The position numbers were made by a program, and so were the translations under genes. From Mycolicibacterium smegmatis (GTDB taxonomy: Bacteria > Actinomycetota > Actinomycetes > Mycobacteriales > Mycobacteriaceae), in NCBI RefSeq assembly GCF_001457595.1, contig NZ_LN831039.1, forward strand, positions 1,920,001 through 1,952,000: DNA of 32,000 bases. Reading direction: 5' to 3'. Below are positions 1 through 8,795 of this stretch, piece after piece (the stretch's first letter is position 1; every line of letters begins with the position of its first letter). A model generated the notes under the pieces. That model saw only the letters and a program-made list of their open reading frames with translations. It ran no database searches and was not told the origin of the DNA.

Positions 1-104
1 GCCTACTCAGTACCGGCCCGTACCCGCCATACGAGTGATCGTACGAGGCAACGATATTCGCGGACATCCGGGAACATTCGGGAACTTCGGAAAGGAAAGT
101 GACG

Positions 105-404
105 ATGGCTGACGAACCTGTCGATCATGCCAGGACCACACGACCACACGCCGGCGAGACCATGAAGGACGCCAGAAACCTGCCGGGTCTGGCGATCATC
201 GGCGTCTCCCTCGTGGTGTTCGTGAGCAGCCTGGTCGCGTTCGCGACCGACCACATGAGCATCGGAGGAATGCTGGTGGGGTTGGCCGCGGTCGGTGCAG
301 TGGTGGGCGGGGCCTGGCTGGCCACCGAGCACTACCGCGTCCGCAAGAACGAAGAGCGTTGGTACGCAAATCATCCCGGGATCATGCGGCAGCACCCCAG
401 CTGA
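105..404 (+). CDS. UsfY-like small membrane protein (copy 1)
   Basis: ORF 99..404; protein MADEPVDHARTTRPHAGETMKDARN..., two hydrophobic segments, C-terminal ERWYANHPG; same architecture as two other ORFs in the window and as mycobacterial UsfY. AAAGGAAAG RBS just upstream. Confidence 0.85.
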   Translation: MADEPVDHARTTRPHAGETMKDARNLPGLAIIGVSLVVFVSSLVAFATDHMSIGGMLVGLAAVGAVVGGAWLATEHYRVRKNEERWYANHPGIMRQHPS

Positions 405-472
405 CCGGTGCAAGAGAGCGCGAAAAGATGGCCCAGCCGAAATCGGCTGGGCCATCTGCGTATTGCGCCGCA

Positions 473-715
473 TCAGGGTCGCTGTTCGGACTCCTGCCGC
501 TTCTCGGCTGCCTTTGCCCCGGCACGGGCCGATTCGGCCTCGGCTTCCTTCTTGGCGGCGGCCTGCTGGGCATCGGCCTTGTCCTGCTGGGCCTTGCCTT
601 CCCGAACCATGTCGTCACGGCCGGTCACGGTGCCGACGGCTTCCTTGGCCTTGCCCTTGACGTCCTCGACGGCGCCCTTGATGCCTTCTTCGGGTCCAGA
701 ATTCTTCTCGGTCAT
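473..715 (-). CDS. CsbD-like / microaggregate-binding-type small hydrophilic stress protein
   Basis: MTEKNSGPEEGIKGAVEDVKGKAKEAVGTVTGRDDMVREGKAQQDKADAQQ..., typical CsbD-like repeat of K/A/E-rich helices; longer starts (754, 916) possible. Confidence 0.75.
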   Translation of the reverse strand: MTEKNSGPEEGIKGAVEDVKGKAKEAVGTVTGRDDMVREGKAQQDKADAQQAAAKKEAEAESARAGAKAAEKRQESEQRP

Positions 716-779
716 GGTTACCTTTCCGCTGCCGCGAGTGGATTGGTTGTTCATTGACGCGTCTTCGCGCTTCCTACTG

Positions 780-805
780 ATGCCCGGTATTCCGGGTCCC
801 GAAAC
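780..805 (-). promoter_or_regulatory. candidate SigF-type promoter (GTTT-N16-GGGCAT) upstream of the CsbD-like gene
   Basis: + strand ATGCCC (780-785) ... AAAC (802-805); one mismatch to the GTTT-N15-17-GGGTAT consensus. Confidence 0.35.
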
Positions 806-892
806 GTGATCGGAAACGCGGCCCTGTGCATCGCCCGAGGTCGGAAGGTTTGCCGGTCCACCAGATGGGTACCAAACGAGCCAGGTGATCGA

Positions 893-900
893 AAGGACTC
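893..900. repeat. 8-bp AAGGACTC, left copy flanking the IS110 element (second copy 2363-2370)
   Basis: AAGGACTC at 893-900 and 2363-2370; IS boundary ambiguous within this octamer. Confidence 0.75.
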
Positions 901-912
901 TCAATGAAGAAG

Positions 913-2121
913 TCAAGCCGCCGCGATGTTTGGGGGTGATTCAGGTTGCCAGGTCCGGTTGTCGCGGATGAGGGCGTAGAGAACGTTGGTGCGCCGTCGT
1001 GCCAGGCAGATGGTGGCGGGGATCGGCCGCTTTCCTTCGTCTCGTTTGCGCTGGTAGTAGGCCTTGGAATCTGGGTCGCAGCGGATCGCGGTCAACGCCG
1101 ACATGTACATGGCTCGGCGCAGTCGGCGACTGTAGCGCTTGGGGGTGTGCAGTCGTTCGGTGCGCTTTCTGGAGTCTCGAGACACTGGTGCCAGGCCGGC
1201 CCAGGCCGCGAGTTGGTCAGCCGATCCGATCAGTGCGGGATCACCGACGGCAGCGAGGAGTTCGGCGCCGAGTCGAAATCCCATGCCGGGCATACTGGTG
1301 ATCACCTCGGCGAGTGGATGGCGGCGAAATCGGCCCTCGATGTCGGCGTCGGTGGTCTTGATGCGGTCATCGAGGGCAATCACCTCCCGTGCCAGATCAG
1401 CGACCAACCCGGCGGCCACCTCTTCGCCGGGCAGACGCACCGTCTGGGTTTTCACCGCGGCCACCGCAGCCCCCGCGATCGAGGCGGCGTTGCGCACACC
1501 GGCATCGGTCAAGACTTTGGTCAGCCGCGAAACACCGCTTTGCCGAATCGCTTTGGGACGCTGGTAGCGCGCCAGCAATACCACCCAGCCACGGTCTTGG
1601 CTCAGTTGGGCGGCTCGTTCCAGGGCCGGGCAGACCGCGACGAGTTGTTGGCGCAGCCGGTTTATTGTGCGGGTGCGGTCGGCCACGAGGTCGGCGCGAT
1701 GGCCGGTGAGCATCCGCAACTCGCTGATCAAGTCATCATTGGGATGCAGAACGGGCAAGTCCTGCCCGCGCATCCGCGACTGGTCGGCGATCACCCGTGC
1801 ATCTTTGGCGTCGGTTTTGGCCTCCCCACCGCGGTAGGTCGCCGAGGCCTGCCACACCGCCCGGCCGGCCAGGTACCGGACCGTTTTGCCAGCGTCGGCC
1901 AGCACCGTCAACAACAGGGCGGCATACACCGTGGTCAGGTCCACCGCCCACAACACTCGCTCGGCCAGCTCGTCGATTTCAGCCACGAGCTCTCGGATCG
2001 GTTGCTCATCGTTAACCAACCGGCGCGACAACACCACCTTCCCGCTGTCGTCGACCACACATACCCAGTGATGCTCTTTACCGACATCCACTCCAGCCCA
2101 CACCTGGCCCGCCGCCATCAC
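913..2121 (-). CDS. IS110-family transposase (DEDD/serine recombinase type), 402 aa
   Basis: N-terminal WAGVDVGKEHHWVCVVDDSG, YRGGEAKTDAKDARVIADQSR; C-terminal transposase_20-like MPGMGFRLGAELLAAVGD ... LAGLAPVSRDSRKR. Confidence 0.93.
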   Translation of the reverse strand: MMAAGQVWAGVDVGKEHHWVCVVDDSGKVVLSRRLVNDEQPIRELVAEIDELAERVLWAVDLTTVYAALLLTVLADAGKTVRYLAGRAVWQASATYRGGEAKTDAKDARVIADQSRMRGQDLPVLHPNDDLISELRMLTGHRADLVADRTRTINRLRQQLVAVCPALERAAQLSQDRGWVVLLARYQRPKAIRQSGVSRLTKVLTDAGVRNAASIAGAAVAAVKTQTVRLPGEEVAAGLVADLAREVIALDDRIKTTDADIEGRFRRHPLAEVITSMPGMGFRLGAELLAAVGDPALIGSADQLAAWAGLAPVSRDSRKRTERLHTPKRYSRRLRRAMYMSALTAIRCDPDSKAYYQRKRDEGKRPIPATICLARRRTNVLYALIRDNRTWQPESPPNIAAA

Positions 2122-2370
2122 ACCTCTTTTCGCTTGTCTGCCAACATGATCCCCAAGGACAACCCCGCCAGCATTTCCTTAAACAAGCGATCACATCGCA
2201 GATCTCAATCAGCGGCCAGAGAAGTCCAGGCAGGCCGGGCGGCCAGTCCTTTCAAGCCGCACCAAGGGGCCGGCAACACACACCACAGCCACACCCGACC
2301 CACCCGGGTCACAGCCCAACGTAACTGCCTCAACAACACGAAGAAACTGCAACTACGAACTTAAGGACTC
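2122..2370 (-). ncRNA. putative bridge/seek RNA region of the IS110 element (non-coding end upstream of the transposase)
   Basis: No convincing CDS. Contains GAAAGGACT (rc of 2245-2253) complementary to the flanking target strand (891-899), then ATTGAGA (rc of 2203-2209) identical to the element's other end (rc of 899-905), then TTAAGGA (rc of 2176-2182) complementary to the proximal element end (2361-2367). Confidence 0.7.
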
Positions 2371-2372
2371 AC

Positions 2373-3041
2373 ATGCTCGCTATCGCCGCTGAAGGTGTCT
2401 ACCGTCCGCAAGAAGACTCGCAGTTGCTCATCGATGCGCTGGAACGCAGTGGCGAGGTACCCGGCCGCCGCGTTCTCGATCTGTGTACGGGAAGCGGGGT
2501 TGTGGCGATCGCCGCCGCACACCTGGGTGCCGAACACGTGACCGCGCTGGACATCTGCCCGCGTGCCGTGGAATACGCCACGGCCAACGCCGCGGCGGCA
2601 GCAGCCGACGTGGACGTGAAGCTCGGCACCTGGAACGAGGCGCTCAACTGGGAGCCCTTCGATCTGGTCGTGTGCAACCCGCCGTACGTGCCCACCAGTC
2701 CTGCGGTCGATCCCGGCAGCGTGGCGCCGTGGGCCGGGCCCGCGACCGCCTGGGACGGCGGCGCGGACGGACGTATGATCCTCGACCCGCTGTGCGACGT
2801 GGCGGGTGCGATGCTCGCCGAGGGCGGCTCTCTGTTCCTCGTGCAGTCGGAATTCTCGGGTGTCGAGGAGTCCCTGACCCGCCTGAGCTGGAGCGGTCTC
2901 AAGACCGAGGTCGTCGTCACGCAGTCGATCCCGTGGGGTCCCGTGGTGACCGCCCAGGCGGAATGGCTGCGCGAAACCGGCCGGCTGCACGATGGTCGCG
3001 ACGACGAGGTGCTGGTGGTCATCCGAGCGGACAAGCCATGA
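2373..3041 (+). CDS. HemK/PrmC-like class I SAM-dependent methyltransferase
   Basis: VLDLCTGSGVVAIAAA SAM motif and NPPYVPTSP catalytic motif. Confidence 0.88.
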   Translation: MLAIAAEGVYRPQEDSQLLIDALERSGEVPGRRVLDLCTGSGVVAIAAAHLGAEHVTALDICPRAVEYATANAAAAAADVDVKLGTWNEALNWEPFDLVVCNPPYVPTSPAVDPGSVAPWAGPATAWDGGADGRMILDPLCDVAGAMLAEGGSLFLVQSEFSGVEESLTRLSWSGLKTEVVVTQSIPWGPVVTAQAEWLRETGRLHDGRDDEVLVVIRADKP

Positions 3042-3253
3042 CCGCGCAGCGCAGGACCGTACAGATCACCGACCGCGGCCCAATGCTGGTCGAAGGCCCG
3101 GTGTGCATCGAACTGCCCGACGGGTCGAAGGTCGAATCGGACCGGTTCATGGTCGCGGTGTGCACATGCCGCCGCTCCAAGACCTACCCGTTGTGCGACA
3201 CGAGCCACCGCAAGCGGGTGAGGCCGGACAAGACGGCCAGACAGACCGCGTGA
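3038..3253 (+). CDS. CDGSH-type iron-sulfur domain protein, 71 aa
   Basis: VCTCRRSKTYPLCDTSH motif; ATG overlaps the stop of the preceding methyltransferase (ATGA). Confidence 0.85.
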   Translation: MTAQRRTVQITDRGPMLVEGPVCIELPDGSKVESDRFMVAVCTCRRSKTYPLCDTSHRKRVRPDKTARQTA

Positions 3254-3272
3254 GCGGCAGCCACCGACAAAC

Positions 3273-3311
3273 GATTTCGCCCCCACCGTCACGGTGGGGG
3301 CGAAATCGTCT
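3273..3311. terminator. bidirectional terminator-like inverted repeat between convergent genes
   Basis: ACGATTTCGCCCCCACCGT - C - ACGGTGGGGGCGAAATCGT; perfect 19-bp arms (3273-3291 / 3293-3311). Confidence 0.75.
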
Positions 3312-3334
3312 GTGAATGATGACAGTGCGCCGTG

Positions 3335-4357
3335 TCAGTCGTCCAGGGGCCTGGTGAGCGAGCTGCGCTCGGCCGTCCAGCTCTTCATCAGATGATCGGC
3401 CAGGCGGTCTTCCAACGCGTCGAACGCGCGGATGCCGAACACCACGTCGGCGTCGAGTTCGGGTTCGCGCTCGACGAGGTCGCCGATCACGTTGAGCCGC
3501 ACCACCTGTTCGTGCACGGCGTCGGCCTCCACGTGCTCGGCGTAGAACCGCACACACGGCTCGGGGGCACCGAGGCGCTTCAGCGCGGCCGTCAGCCGCT
3601 GCGATCCCGGAGACGAGGTGATCTCGGTTGCCGCGAAATGCCCGGCAGCGGCCCCGCGGAGTTTGCGGTGCAGCCCGAACATCGACATCAGGTTCACCAG
3701 CGCGAGGGACTCGGCGGGTACGTGTCCGATGTAGCCGAGGTAGGTGGTGTCCAGGCCGGCCGCCTCCATCAGGTCGGCGAAGAGCTGCTGGTGCAGGTGG
3801 TTGCCGTGGCCGGCCCCGTATTCGTCGTACTCGATCGCCACAAACGACGCCTTCGCCTGACCGCCGATCCTGGGGATCAGCCACGCGTGCGGGTCACCCT
3901 CCTTGAGGTGATACAGCGAACGGTGTACGAAGTACTCCCGCATCTGCTCCCACGTGCCGTGGTCGCGCAGGAAGTAGGACGGCCCGGTGCCGTCCACCGG
4001 CTCGACGGACAACCGCTCCATCTCACTGGCTGCGGTGACGTCGGGCGGGATGGTGCCGATCTCCTTACGAACGGCCTCGAGGAAGACGCGTTCGAGCTGA
4101 GAGCGCAAGTGCAGGAGTCCGGCGCTCCACTCCCAGTCGGGGTCGACGCCGTCGAACCCGCGGTAGTGCAGTTCGTAACAGACGTACAGCGCGAGTTGGA
4201 TGTCCAGCCCCAGGGGGTCGGCGTCACGCAGCGGAACCCACACGGGTTCGAGGTGATTGTGCGGTGCACGGCCTTTGAGCTCGGATATCACCGCGGCCGA
4301 TATGCGGCCCTGGGCGTCGGGAAGCGGCGGTTGCAGGGTGGTCGGGATAGTCATCAT
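3335..4357 (-). CDS. iron-containing redox enzyme family (haem-oxygenase-like fold) protein, 340 aa
   Basis: MMTIPTTLQPPLPDAQGRISAAV...; EYDEYGAGHGNHLHQQLFADLM and HVEADAVHEQVV metal-ligand-like motifs; RBS GGGGGCAAT before ATG at 4357. Confidence 0.7.
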   Translation of the reverse strand: MMTIPTTLQPPLPDAQGRISAAVISELKGRAPHNHLEPVWVPLRDADPLGLDIQLALYVCYELHYRGFDGVDPDWEWSAGLLHLRSQLERVFLEAVRKEIGTIPPDVTAASEMERLSVEPVDGTGPSYFLRDHGTWEQMREYFVHRSLYHLKEGDPHAWLIPRIGGQAKASFVAIEYDEYGAGHGNHLHQQLFADLMEAAGLDTTYLGYIGHVPAESLALVNLMSMFGLHRKLRGAAAGHFAATEITSSPGSQRLTAALKRLGAPEPCVRFYAEHVEADAVHEQVVRLNVIGDLVEREPELDADVVFGIRAFDALEDRLADHLMKSWTAERSSLTRPLDD

Positions 4358-4369
4358 ATTGCCCCCAGG

Positions 4370-4394
4370 ATTCCCATTTGTGCCTGCGGTAAAC
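4370..4394 (-). promoter_or_regulatory. candidate SigF-like promoter (GTTT-N15-GGGAAT)
   Basis: + strand ATTCCC (4370-4375), AAAC (4391-4394); one -10 mismatch; 12 nt upstream of ATG. Confidence 0.35.
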
Positions 4395-4613
4395 CTCAAA
4401 CGCGTCCTGGGCCTGGCGTTTTGCTGTGCGTTGATTGTGGTGCTCCTGGTCGTGTCGCGAACCGCGGCGGCGTTGGACAGTGGTATCTCACGGGCGTCGA
4501 TGCCTCGTGGATTGTGCGGAAGAGAAACGAAGAAGCTGGGCACAGAATAGTTCCGGACCGCCGTCCGCATCCGGAAATGGGACGACGGCCCGGAACCAAC
4601 CTGGTGTGCCGGA

Positions 4614-5108
4614 TCAGTTCAGGGTGCCCGGGGCGCCGGTCCCCTCGCCGTTGGTCGCGCGCAACGTGGTCTGGCGGCCGAGTGCGACGCCGAGACCGAT
4701 CATGAGCACCGCGAGCGCGAAGTGCAGCCAGTTGTCAGCGGAGTTCACCGGGACGAAGTTGGCCGAGCTGTGCGGATCGATCACGAGACCGTACAGCCAC
4801 AACACCGCGTAGATGATGCCGCCGACGATCAGGTAGAGGCGGGCCGACGAAGGCTTACGCGCCATGGCCAGACCGGCGACACCGAACGCCAGGTGGACCA
4901 GGTTGTGCAGGACCGACACCGCGAAGATGCCCAGCAGCATGGCCTCGGAGTGGTGACTCGCGAACGTGAGGTCACCGTAGTTGGAGGTCAGGCCCGGGAT
5001 GAAGCCCGCGATGCCGACCAGGAGGAAGACCGCTCCCACGATGAGCGCCGCCCACTGAAGGGGCGACCGGGCGGAGGTCCCGGGCCTCGTGGCGTGTGTT
5101 GAACTCAT
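4614..5108 (-). CDS. DUF4383-type membrane protein
   Basis: MSSTHATRPGTSARSPLQWAALIVGAVFLLVGIAGFIPG...HNLVHLAFGVAGLAMAR..., four TM segments. Confidence 0.75.
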   Translation of the reverse strand: MSSTHATRPGTSARSPLQWAALIVGAVFLLVGIAGFIPGLTSNYGDLTFASHHSEAMLLGIFAVSVLHNLVHLAFGVAGLAMARKPSSARLYLIVGGIIYAVLWLYGLVIDPHSSANFVPVNSADNWLHFALAVLMIGLGVALGRQTTLRATNGEGTGAPGTLN

Positions 5109-5184
5109 TGCTGACCTTCCCTTGATGTGGCCTCTGATGTGGCCTCGATGTACTTGCCGGCCATGGCGCCGGCATGCCGATCGA

Positions 5185-5210
5185 CTACCCGGGCCGCCTT
5201 TCGGCGAAAC
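5185..5210 (-). promoter_or_regulatory. candidate SigF-type promoter (GTTT-N16-GGGTAG)
   Basis: + strand CTACCC (5185-5190), AAAC (5207-5210), upstream of the DUF4383 gene. Confidence 0.5.
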
Positions 5211-5246
5211 TCCGTCGAGAACCTCGGCAGGCGTGCTGACCATCAT

Positions 5247-5271
5247 GTTTGGTGCTCCGACCCGGGGGTAG
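5247..5271 (+). promoter_or_regulatory. candidate SigF-type promoter (GTTT-N15-GGGTAG) upstream of the cytochrome P450
   Basis: GTTT 5247-5250, GGGTAG 5266-5271, ATG at 5282. Confidence 0.55.
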
Positions 5272-5281
5272 CCCGCTGCGC

Positions 5282-6655
5282 ATGAATAACGGTGGACACC
5301 GGTTGCACGGTGCGCAGGCCCTTGCCACGTTGGTCGATCTCGGGTTCCCGGCGATCGCGTCGGGCGTGATCGCACGACGGCCTCCTGTGCTCGGGCTGCT
5401 CGAGCGGATGCAAGCCGACGAACGCGCAGGCAAGAGAATGCGCCGGCTGCGCAGCGAGTTCGGCCGGGGTCCCGTCGAACTGGTGATACCGGGTCGACGC
5501 ATCGTGGTGGTGACCGATCCCGAGGATGTCGGCGCGGTGCTGGCGCAGGCACCCGAGCCCTTCCACCCCGCCAACCGGGAGAAGCGCAAGGCCCTGCAGT
5601 GGTTCCAGCCGCACGGTGTCCTGATCTCTCAGGGCCCGATCCGCGAGCAGCGACGCGCGGTCAACGAGGCCGCACTGGACTCGGGTGCCGCGATGCACCG
5701 GTTGGCGGAATCGTTCGCGGCGAAGATCGCCGCCGAGGCGGACACTCTGGTCGCCAGGACCCTGCCGGGCCATCTCCTGGATGCCGACGAGTTCATGACC
5801 GCGTGGTGGCGGTTGGTCCGCCGGCTGACGCTGGGGGAGCGGGCCCGCGACGACCACGCGATCACCGACCAACTCGCGCGGCTGCGCCGAGCGGGCAACT
5901 GGTCGTTTCTGTCACTCCCGCACTACCGGGCACGTTCGCGGTTCTTGTCCCACCTCTACCGCTACGCCGAAGACCCCGAACCGGGCACGCTGGTCGGTGC
6001 GCTCGCCGACGTCCCGGCGAGCGGCGCGGTCGACCCCGTGGGTCAGATACCGCAGTGGCTCTTCGCCTTCGACGCGGCGGGCATGGCGTTGCTGCGGGCG
6101 CTCGCGGTACTGGCGACCCATCCATTGCAGCGCGATCGCGCGCTGGAGGACGCCGGCGAGCCGAACCGGCCGCTGCTGCGGCCCTACCTTCGAGGTTGTC
6201 TGCTCGAGTCGGTGCGGTTGTGGCCCACCACGCCGGCCATCCTGCGCGACACCACCGAGGACACCCACTGGCGTGACGGCGCCGAGCGCTTCACGGTTAC
6301 CAAGGGTGCGGGCCTGCTGATCGTGGCGCCCGCGTTCCACCGCGACGACCAGGTGCTGCCCTTCGCGCACGACTTCGTTCCCGAGATCTGGATCGACGGT
6401 CGGGCCCAGCTCTATCCGCAACTCGTCCCCTTCTCGGCGGGGCCCGCCGAATGCCCCGGGCGCAACCTGGTGCTGTTCACCACGAGCACGCTGGCGGCGA
6501 ATCTGTTGAACCGCTTGCACTTCGAAGTTCGGTCCGAGCCGCGGCCGGTGGCGGGCGAACCGTTGCCGATGACGTTCAACCACGCGGGCATCGAGTTCTC
6601 CCTGCGTCCCGCGCGGCGCGCGGTCACGGCGGCGACCGCGGATCCGGTGACGTGA
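5282..6655 (+). CDS. cytochrome P450
   Basis: K-helix ESVRLWP; haem-binding FSAGPAECPGRNLVLF; alternative start 5249. Confidence 0.9.
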   Translation: MNNGGHRLHGAQALATLVDLGFPAIASGVIARRPPVLGLLERMQADERAGKRMRRLRSEFGRGPVELVIPGRRIVVVTDPEDVGAVLAQAPEPFHPANREKRKALQWFQPHGVLISQGPIREQRRAVNEAALDSGAAMHRLAESFAAKIAAEADTLVARTLPGHLLDADEFMTAWWRLVRRLTLGERARDDHAITDQLARLRRAGNWSFLSLPHYRARSRFLSHLYRYAEDPEPGTLVGALADVPASGAVDPVGQIPQWLFAFDAAGMALLRALAVLATHPLQRDRALEDAGEPNRPLLRPYLRGCLLESVRLWPTTPAILRDTTEDTHWRDGAERFTVTKGAGLLIVAPAFHRDDQVLPFAHDFVPEIWIDGRAQLYPQLVPFSAGPAECPGRNLVLFTTSTLAANLLNRLHFEVRSEPRPVAGEPLPMTFNHAGIEFSLRPARRAVTAATADPVT

Positions 6656-6686
6656 CGGGCGACGTGACAGGCGACGCGGACATCGG

Positions 6687-7616
6687 CTACGGCGAACGGC
6701 GTGGAACGGCGATGCGCGCCAGGTCATCCGCCACCACGAGCTCCCCGTCGTAAACCTCGGCCGCCTCCTCGAAGTGACGTTGCGTATCGCCGTAGCGTTG
6801 TGAGAAATGGGTCAGCACGAGTTTCCTCACGTGACACTCTGCTGCCACGCGCGCGGCCTGACGTGCGGTCAGGTGGCCGTATTTCAATGCGAGACCGGCA
6901 TGTTCGTTGAGGAATGTCGACTCGATCACCAACATGTCGGTGTCCTCTGCGAGCGCGTACACCGCGTCGCACAACCGGGTGTCCATCACGAAGGCGAACC
7001 GCTGCCCGGGCCGGGGCTCGCTGACCTGGGCGAGGTGCACAACCTCGGGGCCTGGGCCCGTGTCCGTGCTCACCCGGATCGTTCCCTCGCGCTGCAACTC
7101 TCCGACGGCCGGTCCGTGAATCCCATACAGCGCCAGCAGATCTGAGCGCATGCGCCGAGAGTCGGGTTCGGTCAACCGATAGCCGATCGAATCGACGGAA
7201 TGATCGAGCCTGCGCGCTTCAAGGGTTCCGAACGCACCGAAGGCGACCGGTCCGTCCGCCTCCACCGGATGTTCCCGGACGTCGACGGTGTCGTGGAACG
7301 CGCTTGCGTTGCGCAAACGGTTGAAGAACTCCTGCCCCGAGGCGGGGTAGTGGGCCGCGACCGGATGCGCGACGTGATCGAGCGACATGCGTTGCACGAT
7401 GCCCGGAACCCCGAGGCAGTGATCGCCGTGGAAGTGGGTCAGGCACAGGTGCGTGACCGAACTCGCCGAGACACCCGCCAGCAGCATCTGGCGTTGGGTG
7501 CCCTCGCCGGGATCGAACAGGAAGCCCTCGTCGTCCCAGCGCAACAGGTATCCGTTGTGATTGCGCAGCCGTGTCGGAACTTGGCTCGCGGTACCGAGGA
7601 CGACCAGCTCGCGCAT
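6687..7616 (-). CDS. rnz: ribonuclease Z / MBL-fold tRNase Z family
   Basis: [27 protein letters not shown]...; [11 protein letters not shown] motif; DTRLCDAV and HLTARQAA...[11 protein letters not shown]. Confidence 0.88.
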   Translation of the reverse strand: MRELVVLGTASQVPTRLRNHNGYLLRWDDEGFLFDPGEGTQRQMLLAGVSASSVTHLCLTHFHGDHCLGVPGIVQRMSLDHVAHPVAAHYPASGQEFFNRLRNASAFHDTVDVREHPVEADGPVAFGAFGTLEARRLDHSVDSIGYRLTEPDSRRMRSDLLALYGIHGPAVGELQREGTIRVSTDTGPGPEVVHLAQVSEPRPGQRFAFVMDTRLCDAVYALAEDTDMLVIESTFLNEHAGLALKYGHLTARQAARVAAECHVRKLVLTHFSQRYGDTQRHFEEAAEVYDGELVVADDLARIAVPRRSP

Positions 7617-7680
7617 CGACACCCCTTCGACACTACGGCTCTGCCGGGGCCTACCAGCGCCCTGGCGCGGCCATCTTGGA

Positions 7681-7938
7681 TCAGCCGCCGAGGTTCGCCA
7701 CGGCGGCCTCCAACTTGGCGGCCTCTTCTTCGAGTTCGTGGTCGGAGAGATCCGCGCCCCGGTCGCCACCCGATCTGCCCAGATCGGAGCGAGTGGCCAC
7801 CTGCAGGGCCCCGCGGTACTCGTCGGTCTCGAGTTCGGTCGCCGGGATCACGGCGGTGCGTCCCTGTATGAGAACCAGGACAGCGTCAGGCGCGTCGGCC
7901 TCCAGCAGTCGGCGCACGTCGTCCGCGGAGATCGTCAT
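7681..7938 (-). CDS. hypothetical acidic protein, 85 aa
   Basis: [47 protein letters not shown]... Confidence 0.6.
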   Translation of the reverse strand: MTISADDVRRLLEADAPDAVLVLIQGRTAVIPATELETDEYRGALQVATRSDLGRSGGDRGADLSDHELEEEAAKLEAAVANLGG

Positions 7939-8042
7939 GTCGGTGCTCCTCACCTGGGAATTCAGCCGGATCGGTTCGGTTGCGGGCCCTGGGGACCCGC
8001 TCAGGTATGCCCGTTTCCCGCGCGCTCGAAGCGCACCCCCGG

Positions 8043-8068
8043 GTTTTGCATCGACGCTCCCGGGGTAG
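8043..8068 (+). promoter_or_regulatory. candidate SigF-type promoter (GTTT-N16-GGGTAG) upstream of UsfY copy 2
   Basis: GTTT 8043-8046, GGGTAG 8063-8068, ATG at 8140. Confidence 0.55.
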
Positions 8069-8139
8069 CCCGAAGGGCAAGTCCGGCCTGCCCGGTGCGG
8101 ACCGAAGATGATTCTGGGCGCCGCCGAAGGGAGCAGTAA

Positions 8140-8445
8140 ATGGGCGACACCGCGAAAGATCCGGTGGACCATGCACGAACGACGAGGCCGCACGCCGGCG
8201 AGACGCTGAAGGACACCACCAACATCCCCGCGTTGATCCTGTTGTTCCTGGGCGGTGTGTCCTTCGTGTCGTGTCTGTTCGCGTTCAGCACGAGCCATGA
8301 GACGGTCGGTATCGTCCTCGCGGTCGTTGCGGCCCTGTTGTTCGTGGTCAGTGGTTCGTGGCTGGTGATCGAGCACCGGAGGGTGACCCGTAAGGAACGC
8401 CAGTGGAATGCCGCCCACCCGGAGGTGCACCAGAGCCGGCCCTGA
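8140..8445 (+). CDS. usfY: UsfY family protein (copy 2)
   Basis: MGDTAKDPVDHARTTRPHAGETLKDTTNIPALILL...; closest in N-terminus (MGDT) to mycobacterial UsfY as recalled. Confidence 0.82.
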   Translation: MGDTAKDPVDHARTTRPHAGETLKDTTNIPALILLFLGGVSFVSCLFAFSTSHETVGIVLAVVAALLFVVSGSWLVIEHRRVTRKERQWNAAHPEVHQSRP

Positions 8446-8453
8446 CCGGGAAT

Positions 8454-8795
8454 TCACCCGCCGGGACGCAGCCCCGGCGGGTGCCGCTCGAAGCCGCCGC
8501 GCAGCATGACGCGATCGGCAGTTATGCGGGCGATGTCGGCCCACTCGACCACGAACGTCCCGCGGTGGCGCCAGCGCGCGATCGCGGCGATCACGGCAGG
8601 CGCGTTGATGCCGGTGCGCTCGTATCCCAGGTATGACGACCTCGTGTGGGGGCTGACGACCAGCCCGGCGAGCCGTGGTGCCGGAGGATTCTCGGTCGCC
8701 GAGCCCGCTACCGTGAGCCGCACGTCGATGACTGTTCCGACGCGGTGATGTCCCGCGTCCGTGACCATGAGCCCCAGCAGATCACTCAGCTGCAT
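8454..8795 (-). CDS. PRC-barrel-like protein, 113 aa
   Basis: MQLSDLLGLMVTDAGHHRVGTVIDVRLTV..., overlaps the next gene and is co-directional with the NRAMP gene. Confidence 0.6.
   Translation of the reverse strand: MQLSDLLGLMVTDAGHHRVGTVIDVRLTVAGSATENPPAPRLAGLVVSPHTRSSYLGYERTGINAPAVIAAIARWRHRGTFVVEWADIARITADRVMLRGGFERHPPGLRPGG

Larger units (their letters stand above)
901..2370 (-). mobile_element. IS110-family insertion sequence, ~1470 bp, no inverted repeats apparent
   Basis: IS110-type transposase plus long non-coding 5' end; bounded by shared AAGGACTC; size close to IS900-like elements; host-like RBS (GAAAGGA) on one side and ATG of the interrupted gene immediately on the other. Confidence 0.8.

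Noticed and set aside
946-2364. 472-aa plus-strand ORF antisense to the IS110 transposase
   Set aside because: Low-complexity, His/Arg/Gly-rich translation typical of the antisense of a high-GC gene; IS900-type complementary ORFs have been proposed historically but nothing here supports expression.
5123-5146. Tandem 12-mer TGATGTGGCCTC x2
   Set aside because: Only two copies in the leader of the DUF4383 gene; too short to call a repeat system, though it might be noted as a small leader duplication.
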